From: Oikopleura dioica
Lineage: Eukaryota; Animalia; Chordata
NCBI GenBank assembly: GCA_907165135.1
Contig: OU015567.1
Location: 2,418,001-2,482,000, forward strand
DNA length: 64,000 bases
Direction of reading: 5' to 3'
The translations under genes were made by a program, and so were the position numbers. Below are positions 35,901 through 46,427 of this stretch, piece after piece (positions within the stretch are counted from its first letter, which is position 1; the number at the start of each line of letters is the position of its first letter). A model generated the notes under the pieces. That model was not told the origin of the DNA and made no database searches. It worked only from the letters and a program-made list of their open reading frames with translations.

Positions 35901-37361
35901 GCTGTCGTCCTTGCCGAGAACTTGTCGGTAGGTAATGGCGTCGTTGAAAAGGTCGGTCTGGAGCTTGTACAGACCTGGGTAGTTCTCATAGTATTCAATG
36001 AGCTCTGGTGGGTTGTCGTCTCGGGCGGTGACTTCGAGGAGTGGGCAGCAGTCTTCGCAGCAGAAGCTGACCATGTACTCGTGACAGAGATCAGAAGGAT
36101 CTTGGTTGGCGTTATCACAAGTTCCAGATCCGGCTTCATAGTCGATATCAATGACTTGGAAGGTCTCGGTGAGATCAGGGTCTTCGAGATCCATCATCTT
36201 CATTGCGGCAATCTGTGGGTACGGGCATTGCATGATTGAGTTAGAATAGAGTTCCTGATCGATTCCGTCATCGACAGTGTCGGTGTTCTCCCACCAGGTC
36301 CAGTTTCCTGAGTAGCAGGTTCCAGAGTAAAGAGGGTATTTGATCGGATCAGCAGCAACTGTAGTGGTCGTTGTTGGTGGTGTAGTGGTGGTTGTAGTGG
36401 TAGTAGTGGTCGTTGTGGCACCACCCTTGTTTGAAGGATCTTCGACAACGCAAACCCAGTTGACGGCTGGTCGCTGCCAGTTGGAACCAGTAAAGCCGAG
36501 ATGCATGTTACCATACCAGTTTCCGCCGCCGCCTGATTTGACAATGTTGTAGTCGGCATCAAATCGGAAGAGCCAGACGTTCTCGTTGGCAAGATCTCCG
36601 ACCTGAACGACTTCCTTGAAGGGAGACCAGAAGTCAATGATACTGATTTCACCATCGAAAGAAACAAGGACGTAATCGTTCTCTCGGACGGGAGTAGCGC
36701 CCTCGACGGCAAAGTGGAGGGTCATAGATCGTCGCCAGGTGGCAAGAGAGTGGACGTTGCCCTGAGCGTAGCCGGGATTGAGCTCGGCCTTGATGTCTTC
36801 TGGGGTGGCGATATCTTCGGGAGAGTTGGTGGCGGTAGTACCAGTGATGGTTGGAGAAATACCCTGGCAGACCTCGACAAAGTCGACAGCATCGATGTAA
36901 AACCAACTGACGGGCTTGTTGAGGAGCTGGAACTCGAAGTATTGAGATGGGTTGCCATTCTGGATATCTCGACCTGACTCGTCATCATCGACTTCCATGT
37001 AGAGAACCTTGGACTCGGTGAAACCGTATCCACATGAGCACGTAGCGCAAACGCAGTCGGTACAACCGTTAGTGTTCTCTTGGCCAGCTGGGACGCCCTG
37101 GAGACAATCCTGGTTGGTTGGGTAGTGAGGGTTGACGGTCAACATGTTGACGTCGACAAGGAAATGGACCAGAATGTAGGTCTCATCGTTGAGGACGAAG
37201 TTTTCGAATTTATTGCTGTTATCGAAATCAATCGCGAGCTGGGCCTGTTCGGCTCCTCCCCAAGCAGTGGTGATTCCGGTTGACCATCGAGATTGGTCAA
37301 TAGTACGACAGGTACCGGCGTACCCATGGGCAAGCCCAATGAGTAGTGCTGACAGCAGCAT
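29945..37361 (-). CDS. Oikosin-1-like house glycoprotein (~2,300 aa) with 13 mucin-type Cys/WxxW repeats
   Basis: Signal peptide MLLSALLIGLAHG; 13 counted repeats of type W..W.D.DDP.G.GD.E...C...Y/F.V.FCCP; a poly-Thr patch; EGF-like modules; a C-type-lectin-like module; a basic C-terminal tail. It has two giant exons plus small 3' exons. Oikosin-1 is known to have 13 such repeats. Confidence 0.9.
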
Positions 37362-38804
37362 CTTTGACTTCGACTGAAGAATATTTTTATTAATAAATAC
37401 AAATTTTTTATCTCGATATTCGAATTAAATATCTCTCGAAAATTCACTTACTTGCTGGACGCACCGACTCAAAGATTAATCCTCTCTCGCCGCGCGTTTC
37501 TTTTTATGCGCAAAGTTTAGGTCAAATTCAGCATTTCGAATCGCAGTTTTTCGAATTTGCGGTTAGCGAGCGATATTTCCAAAAAGTCAGATACCGAAAA
37601 GGTGCGATTAAATTTAATCCTGGCTGGAAATCATTCTTCTTTTTATCTGGAAGAAGCTTGAAAGTTGCACAAAACATCGTTGATTACCTAGTTACTCGTT
37701 ACTTGGTATGTTAGAAAATGTCTCGAAAGGTTTTCAGATTATCGAAGGATATGGTAACACGAATCGAAAAGTTCAACTGGATTTCAGTCATGAGTAAGTA
37801 AAATAATGACACATGAAGAAATGAATGAGGAGAGAATCTGACATTATGAAACAGTCTTAAAAGTATCTGCCGACTAATCTCGTGGGGATCGAGTTGTAAG
37901 TCATATTCTAAAAATAGATCGCTTCGACGTAAAGATGTTCTGTATATTTACAAAGAACATAAAGGTCTTTTGCGTTCTCGTGTATCGTCCTGAATCCAGG
38001 TGGAATTATCATATCTGTGGGATTATTTGTTTCTCATGATTCAGAGCTGTAAAATCTTTGTCATATGCTGAAATTATGTTCATGACATGCTTGGTCATCA
38101 GACGTTTGAATATTTTCGTTTATAAAGACAAACCAAATATGCTCCCAATTCTGCCGAGAATCGCCACTCGCCATCCTTGAACCCAACCGATCGAGAGTAA
38201 GGACTTTTAAGGCTAACGTTTTTGATTTTATCTCAACCTTGCTTGACAATTTTTTTTTTCGATGATTTTAGGATGATGATAATCGCTATTTTTTCGAAAA
38301 TTCTCGAGAAATCGTTATTCGAGAAATTTCCCAACAAATAAAATAGACAATTATATAAGATAGCTAATCTTGGAAGTCAGCACTTTCAGCGGATATTATG
38401 ATATTTCGTCTCCAAATCCACGCGAAATCAGATTCAAATAAAACCAGCGACAAAGGTTGTTGTATGAATTCTGAGCGCACGACCTTGTCAGCGTTGAAAA
38501 TCTAATCTGATCGTGCCGGCTGATTTTAAAGGGTCAGCCTTTTTCTTCCTCCACTAAATGTTTCCTTTCATCATTTACGGTAAATCGATGATTGCTGTCA
38601 GTCACAATGACTTTTCTGCGAAAATCCCACCATAACTCCCTCGTATCTAAGCACCTTTCTTTTTGACATTTTCAAGAAAATCGGCGGAGGAATAACTCCG
38701 GCTTGACTAGAAAATCCGCCAGAGATGGCGCTGTAAAATCAAGTATTTAACCAGTCAATGCTAGTTACGGAGCAATCAGACTTGTTATCTTCTCAAAAAG
38801 AAAC

Positions 38805-39714
38805 ATGAGATTTATTTGCATTCAAGGATTCGCCTTAGTAGCAGCTGTCAGAAGTCCTCTAAGACTAAATGAAGAACCCTCAATTTCGGACATCATTTCA
38901 AACTATCTTCTAACTTCATCCAGCAAATCGCAAAATTCAGACGGTTACATACTGATACGCACTTCAAGAAACAACCACGAAGGATGTCGTCTAGAAAAAG
39001 ACAGATACACGGAAAATCAAATCGTAGAAGACCTTCTGTGTGGAAACGCAGTTGCGAAAATGTGGCTCGAGCGGAAGGTAAGGAGAAGATTTTTAACTCT
39101 TCATTTTCTTGATTGATTCTTTCTTTCAACCTTCGAGTCTTAAAATGATTTCCTTTGTTAAGGTTTGCCCTGGAAAAAGAGATTGTTTCAAATGCGATAG
39201 TTCAAGTATACGCATCCCACTAGCCGAAAACGGACTCGATCTGAACACATGCATTTCTCCAGTAATCAACAAATTTGATCGAATGGCCTCGAAGTACCTT
39301 TGCCATGACAATACTCAAGCTCATTCATGGGGTCTCTGCTCAGGCCCGCAGCAGCTAATGAATTCGCCACGATGCCCAAATTTCTTGCTGTCTGATCTTT
39401 TTGGTAAGAAATGAGGTTAGAAATCTTGTGCTTAAAATGAGACTCAGATCATCGAGCGAAGCATCTGGTCTTGTACGAATGCTGCAAAACAGAAGTTCAT
39501 GAGTTGGAACGACCAATAAGATGCTATCCGAGCCAATACAGAACCATAAACATGAATCTGTAAGTAAACGATAGGTCTCGTCCATGAGTTTATTTTTTGT
39601 TTTGAAACCCAAATTGACCAAAATATCTTCAGATACATCTCATTATACAACGGTGCGCGAAAACATGTCTCCTTTCCGATAAAAACTCCAACAGCCTGCT
39701 GCTTAGATCTCTAG
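38805..39714 (+). CDS. Secreted Cys-rich protein, four exons
   Basis: Signal-like MRFICIQGFALVAAV; phase-compatible GT-AG exons ending ...LYECCKTEV..RCYPSQYRTINMNLYISLYNGARKHVSFPIKTPTACCLDL*. Confidence 0.65.
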
Positions 39715-39874
39715 TCCTTGATCTTGTATGTAACATACAGTATGTTTCATTTTTCACTCTAGCTTTGCTAATTTTTGTACATCACTGTCTAAATCCGCTA
39801 ACAATAAACCGCTGCTATTGAAAAAGTAAGTGTTAGTAAAATATATTCTGTAAGTAAGCATAAGTTGTAAAAAT

Positions 39875-42800
39875 CTAAATCTTCGTTTCATTCTTCTCAG
39901 TCAAATATGGCCAATTTTTGGCAGCTGCAACATCTTCGTCGATTCGCCGGAATCGCTTTCCTTTGTGCCGTTTTCGCTGGCATCGCTTGACGAAATTCCA
40001 GAGCCAGTCGCGCGAAATGAAAACTTCCTCGAAAAAGTAAGCAATGACGATTTGAATCGCAGCAATGACTACCAATCTGAATATTTCGTTGGTCAAATCA
40101 TTTTTAAGATATTTTTTCAAACTTACATCCATCTAAATCCACCATAAAAGTCATCACCAATCGTCGGAATCGGCGGATAGTAAATGTCACCCGTCGCATT
40201 GGCTGACAAAAACCCAGATTCCTCATCGACGGTGAAATCCATCGCGAATGTTTCGTAAATTCCCTTAGAATCAATCAGCAGGAGGCAGAAAGTAGCTGCG
40301 AGGAGCCCGATACAGACGAGAATAAGGATCCAGTTCGTAAAAACGGGCTTCCGGAAGGGGGCGCCACGGGAGAAAATGATGATGTAGAAGAGGTATTGGA
40401 AGCAGGTCATGTAGAAAAGAGCTGAAGGAGAGGTATTTAAATAATAAAAAGAAAAAGAAACTCACATTGAGTGATGTAATTAGCATTTCTCATCTCGTAG
40501 TCATAATCTTCCGGGTCAAAATCTTCGCATCTTTCCATGTCCGTATTCAACGAAATATGTTCGCAACTTCCAGCCCTTTCGCATACCGGGTCACCGTTTA
40601 TTCTTTCATAGATGCCCAAGATATCGCCATCGTTATCCCGAATGAAGCAGTCTGGCTGATCAGAAGAAATACTGCAGTACCATTCCTTTTATTTGGTTCA
40701 ATAAAAGTTGACCTTCAACAACCATGGAGAAAATGACGTAGAACCTCATTGAGAGCTACTATCATTTGATACAGTTCCTGTACCGGGCGCTGTTTGACCC
40801 TGTTCGCAGTTAAACTTTTGAACCGTTCCTGATTGACTGTGTACACATAGACGGCTGCTTGCGCAATTGCAACGAGCAGAATGTGTACTGCTGTCGAGGT
40901 CATTGTGCGCGCTGTCAAAAGACGGGCGTCTGGAATTCTTTTCGATATGGTGTCATAAGCTGCTGTCAGACCAAAGGTCAGCGCAAGCGGTTCAAGCATA
41001 AACAGGTCAATGTAGAGGTAACTCCAGTCTGATAGGTTGGAGAGGTTCCAGTAGGAGATGAGGATGGTGATCATTTGGATGAAGGAATAAAGCGCGATCC
41101 ACTGAAAGTCTGAGAACAGAAAACAAAAGAAACTGTACCTTAAACATTCCGACCGTTGTGACCAAGCTGCATCTCCCCTCCTTTATCAACTCCTCCACAC
41201 ATCTGATATCTGCTACCTGAGATGTAAATGGCGCAGCAACACTGGCTTCAAGCTCTGACAAAGAAATTCCAACACTTGCCCGCTTCAGCGCCGCGACATC
41301 ATTCGCCCCGTCTCCGCAGAAGCTCGCAATTTGATCCATATCCTCGTATTTTGCGACAATTTCAGCTTTTTGATTCGGTGACACTCTTGCGAAAATTGAA
41401 GTCTTTGCAAAAATCGATTCGACGAGATGAGGATACTCTGCAAGTAGCTTTTCCAAGTCCTTTCCAGTCATGGCGACAGTAAATGAAGATGATTGAGTAA
41501 CATCAATGCTCTGGACATATTCTTCTTCATTAGACGCTTTTCTCCAAATGAGCCGGTTTCCTTTGTATTCTTCTTTGCTGTCAAAGCTTGGCTTGATCAC
41601 TTCTAATTTCTCATCGAAGAGATTGCATTTCTTGGCCACAGCGATTGCCGTGTTAATATTGTCACCAGTAACCATCAAAGTTCTTATTCCTGCTTCTTGA
41701 AGGTTCTTCAAAACGCCAGCTGTTTCCGGCTTCAAGTCATTTCTCAAAATCGCGAATCCTTCAAAATTCACCTTGTCCTCCACGATAAATCTATCTTTTC
41801 CCGCGTCTTCTTCGCTACCTTCCTTTTGTGCATAAGCAATGATTCTCAATCCTTCAGACGTGAACTTTTCCAGAACTTCATCGAAATTCTCCGGCAGACT
41901 CGTTTCATCGCAAAGACCTTTTATTACTTCCGGCGCGCCTTTTACCACAATTTTTACTTCTCCTGTCGCTTTGTTTTTCGCGATCACTGTTTGCCTCGCC
42001 GTTTCGGAAGTAAAAGGAAAGGTGTTGATATGAGTCCATTCTTCAGAAGATTTAGGGTCTTTGACAACCAAGTTTGTTGATTGAGAAGATGGGAGTTCCC
42101 ACCCTGTGGCTTCGAAGAGCGCGACTTCCAGGGGGTCGCCGGAGAGCTTCTTCTTTATGATTGTTAAAGTGTGGCATAAAGCTAAAAGCGGCATCATAAT
42201 CGCCTCCGTGCTCAAAATTCTTCCATCTGTTCCTTTTGGAACAACTCCAGCAAAATTCAACCCGTCTTCTGTCAGCGTACCCGTCTTGTCAAACAAGCAA
42301 ATGTTGATTCCGCCGCCCAAATTAATCCGATTCGGTGTCAAAGTGAAGATTTTCTTCTGAACAAGCCTTCTTTGCGCGTGAATAGAGCCAATCGCCATTG
42401 CCATCGGCAAGGCTGGTGGGACAGAAATTGTGACCAAATCAAGACCTTTGACAACAATTTCACCTCCTGGAATACAGCCGTAGTAGTGGGTGATAACGGT
42501 GTAGACAAATCCAAGCAGGGCGACGAGAAACATTCCAATCACGAACCAAAATGCATCAGACTCGAATTTAACCTTTACCGGTTTCGGGAACAAAATCGAT
42601 CGGACCAAGTTCCCTCTGGTGGTTAAAAACCCGGTGCGGTAGACCACAGCTTCTACAGATCCCCTGGTCTGGAGAACGATTGTGCCTGAGGAAAGCATCG
42701 AATTCTTGAAGAGGTCGGGAGTAAAGTAACTATCCCCCGCGGGAAGTGGCAATTTCACGACAGGAACCGATTCGCCAGTAAGCATTGCTTCGTCAAGGAC

Positions 42801-43752
42801 GACTTCACCACTTATCAAAACCAGGTCGGCTGGGATGACGTCACCCACAGACAGTGCTATTTTGTCGCCTGGAACAAGGTCGCCGGCTGAAGTGGAAACT
42901 TCCTTCCCGTTGATGATTTTTGTCACTCTGTCAGCATTGTTTTTCTGGACCATTTCAGATAACCGGGTTCGATTCGTCTTGATGTTATAAATCAAAATCA
43001 CGACGGAGATGAGCGTCAAGATCAAAATCGACATTGCATAGGCGAGGTACTCATCGATGCTCCACAAGATGACGCTGAAGAGCTGAAAGACGTAGAAGAA
43101 GTTGAAGACTTCTTTGTAGAAAATCTCGATGACGCTTGGTACTTTTACGATGATCTCGTTTCGACCGAAGATCTCACGCGATTCTTCAGTATTGTTGATT
43201 TCTTGTCCGTTGGTCAAGTCAGATGTTTTTGAAACTTGAAGGGAGTCAACTTGTGTGAGGGTCTTTTCGCCAGTCAGAAAGAATCGTTGGGCCTTGTGCC
43301 GGAAAGAAAGAAGATTTGGTACTTCGACGAGGGCATTTTCGACGGAAAAATGACGCTTGATCTTGTTCGTATCCCAGTAATGAGCGCTGTGGATAAAGTA
43401 CTCGTCATACGATCCAGTTTTTTCGTGGATAAAGATTGTATCGGCAGAGAGCAGGTCGACTCGTTTCTTGTTGCATTTGATCCACCAGTTTGGTTTCCAA
43501 TGCAGCGCTAGAAAATGAAATATGGAACAATGAACAGCTGGCTGATTTACTTAAGAAACTGATGCCAGCCGTGAGAAAGTAAGAAATAATCGTCAGAGTT
43601 CGCTTGCACTTGTCAGTAGCATAGCTTTCAGCAGTAAAATCAGTATCGTCTTTCGTGAAGCTCACGGATGACGCACTAACAGGCGCTAGAATGAACTTTG
43701 TTAGAAGATTCAAAAAAGAAAAGTTCTTACATGGAGCGATTTTGCCTGTCAT
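39875..43752 (-). CDS. ATP13A: P5B-type ATPase (ATP13A2/ATP13A3-like)
   Basis: LTGESVPV, the P5B signature PPALP, phosphorylation motif DKTGTLT, KGAPE, MVTGDN, FARVSPNQK and CGDGANDVAAL. Confidence 0.93.
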
Positions 43753-44216
43753 CTGGGTTTGCGGAGATTGTAGAAAATGAGAATTATTGGTGTTCTTTTT
43801 GGTTGGCTCTAGATTTTGTCAGAAAAAAATAATAAACTCGGAGAAGGAAGTTCCCTTTTTCTCTGGATCCGTGACCGCAAGATTGTCAATCAAGGATTGA
43901 TGATTTCCGAAGATATGACGATTATGGCGTCCTTTTTCTTCGGAACCAGATGATTAATGAAAGGAAACACTATTATTTTGCGGTTGAAAGGTCGTTTATA
44001 AAATAACTAAATCTTGCTAATGAAAGCAAAAAGAAAAAATGAAAGAGCCCAATAGAGCGGATACACGCTTGAAAAGAGAGCTGTTAGGTTACTACGGTCA
44101 TTTGATAGTGAAAAGAATTTCTAGAGCCCGCCTGAGGCGCATAAACCGCCGAAAAAAGCTATCTTTTTTAAAACTTTTCGATAATGGCCACGTTCTAAAA
44201 TATCAAAATTAATTTT

Positions 44217-44495
44217 TTATGAAGATTTTAAAAGTTGAATCGTTTTTTCTTTCAGTCGTGAAGAAAATTCTCTCGTCTCTGAAATAGTAGCCTTGATTAC
44301 AAGGGGACTAAGCTTTTTTGCATGTCGCAAATATTTGCTTCTCGGACAGACTTGCACAAATTTCGAAATGTGAAACTTGCCGGCGCTGGCACCAGCAATT
44401 TTCGTTCTAGCCTGACCGATTTCATTTGAAGAAGAATGCAATTTAATCAAGCAAGGACCTGTTTTGTTGCTCGAGGACAAATCAGATGACAGCAT
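44217..44495 (-). CDS. Small intronless ORF (92 aa), possibly an operon member
   Basis: The ATG is directly preceded by an acceptor-like ttctag|c and lies ~70 nt after the MDH1B stop. Confidence 0.5.
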   Translation of the reverse strand: MLSSDLSSSNKTGPCLIKLHSSSNEIGQARTKIAGASAGKFHISKFVQVCPRSKYLRHAKKLSPLVIKATISETREFSSRLKEKTIQLLKSS

Positions 44496-44563
44496 GCTAG
44501 AATTATGTCAAAGCAATGAATCAAGCTTTTTTTTAAAGAAATATATTTGTAAAATTGAAAAGA

Positions 44564-46321
44564 TCAGCATTTGGAATAGAACTCGTTTAAGATATCGAGC
44601 CGTTCTTCTGTAGGAGTGTCGATAAGTGTTTCAAAAAGCATCAATTTTGCCGAAATTTTACGGATTTTTTCCTTATCTTCTTTTTGCAGCTCCATTTTAC
44701 TGACTTCGAACTTGCCTTGTTTGAAAGAACCGGGAACAGCGAAAAATCGCATGCTTTAAAATCAGAATTGATTTGTCGTGAATCCATGATTAGGTACCTG
44801 AGATCAAGTTCAGCATATTCATCTGGCAAATCCGGAGTCGGCTGGACAAGACTGAGAATTTTCTCCTCGTCATTGTCGATGAAAACTTTGAGGGTCTCGA
44901 CAAGTCCTTTTGTTCTTGCTAGGATACCTAGCTTTTTCGAAGCGATTGCGCTCTCAAAATTCTAAAAAGACTTCAAGAACAAAGAGATAACAAAATGTGA
45001 TAACCTCGAGAAATTGTTTCTTGTAAATAATTGGCCTCAAAACTCGTCTGAATCCTGAGGGTCCATTTATGGAACTGTCAATGTCGTCAAGTTGGATTGA
45101 ATTCACACCAACGTATGCTTCACTTGCGCTCGTGGAGCCTTAAACATTCTATCACTTATTACCAGAAATTGAAGCGAACCGAAGACTTTGATATTCTTGA
45201 CTTGGTTTGTTGAAATTTTGCCCTCGCTTTCCCTCGCAATCATTGCGCGAATTGAGTTCTGTAAATCAGAAGCAGATGCAATTATCGTTCCCTTGAATCC
45301 TTCAGAGTCTAGAATTGCGGCAACGACAGTTGGATAAACGCTGGAGAGGAGAACTTTACAGCGAGAATGATTTTTGAGCGAATTCGCGATATTGACGTAG
45401 TGATCTTTATTCTTCCCAAGCCAGCTTATTTTGGTGGTAAAATGGATATTATTAAGGAAATCACTCACCCGAGAATTCCATCAGTACCATCACCTTCTTC
45501 CTTATCGAAAATAACAGCGAATTCTAGCTCGTCCTCCTTGATTTTGACATCATCTAAGATTCTGCCGCAATGTACCATCTTCAGCTTTCCATCAGCCGTA
45601 TCGAAAAGCTCCAAAGCCAAGCCCTCGCAAGTTTCCCCAATCAAAGTAATTCCCAAACCATTTTTTAGCTTTTCCTGATGAAAATTTTCGGCGATGAGGA
45701 AGTTGCAGAATTGATAGGCAAATTTTGAGTCGGCGTTAAAAATCGCGATTCTCAGAGGGCGCTCTTCATTTACTCGCTGTCTTTCTCTTTTTTCTGATTC
45801 TTCGGCAGATACTTGATTTTCTTGTGTAATCTTTTTAATCATTTCTGAGCTCATCTTCAGATTCTTTCCATAGTAAAGATTGGCATATTCGGCGAAGTCA
45901 GAATAATTGCCAATCAGATCCGCTCGACCTCCGGTATCCGCAAGTTCTCGATAAACCAGTGGTGATTCTGCCCAAGTAAACCGATTTTTCTTACAGACGG
46001 AATTTACCAGCTGAGACCATGACTCGGGGGAGCATGATTTTTTCTCCACGGTAAAATTTGGGTTATCCGCTCGGACAAGTTCTGCCAAGAGCTCACACTT
46101 TAAAATATGATAATTAAATTCTTAAGTTCATCAGCTTTTGGCGAAATATATTTTGTAAGTAAACGGTTTATGTTTTTGTATTTTAATTCTTTAAAAACGA
46201 TATTTTACAATTTATTATGGTTTCCGGGACTTTTCCCGTTTACCGGATGTATTCCTAAATCACTCATTACCTTTGTGAATCCATGACAGTTATTTTTCCC
46301 TGAGACTACTATTCTCACCAT
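44564..46321 (-). CDS. MDH1B: Malate dehydrogenase 1B-like protein
   Basis: MVRIVVSGKNNCHGFTK|CELLAELV..SPESW..VCKKNRF..SPLVYRELADTGGRADLIG.YSDFAEYANLYY matches the characteristic MDH1B N-terminal domain, followed by MDH-like exons. Confidence 0.87.
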
Positions 46322-46427
46322 ATTTTCTCAATCTTTATTATGATTCCCCGTTGCTATGGTAAAAAGCTCCCCCTCCGCGCGGAAAAACAGACTCTTTTTT
46401 TGTTCAAAATTGCGTATTTTCTTTTAT

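Noticed and set aside
30911-36239. Long plus-strand ORFs (609, 464 and 374 aa) opposite the oikosin-like gene
   Set aside because: These are antisense shadows of a long repetitive exon with strong codon bias. The translations are S/V/L-rich with no motifs.
36355-36420. Short (GTG/GTA/GTT)n trinucleotide-like run
   Set aside because: It encodes the poly-Thr mucin patch and is not an independent repeat.
30988-36712. Alternative-frame minus-strand ORFs inside the oikosin-like gene
   Set aside because: S/T/L-rich off-frame by-products of the same coding sequence.
41228-42626. Plus-strand ORFs over ATP13A
   Set aside because: Antisense to a clearly conserved ATPase, with no independent support.
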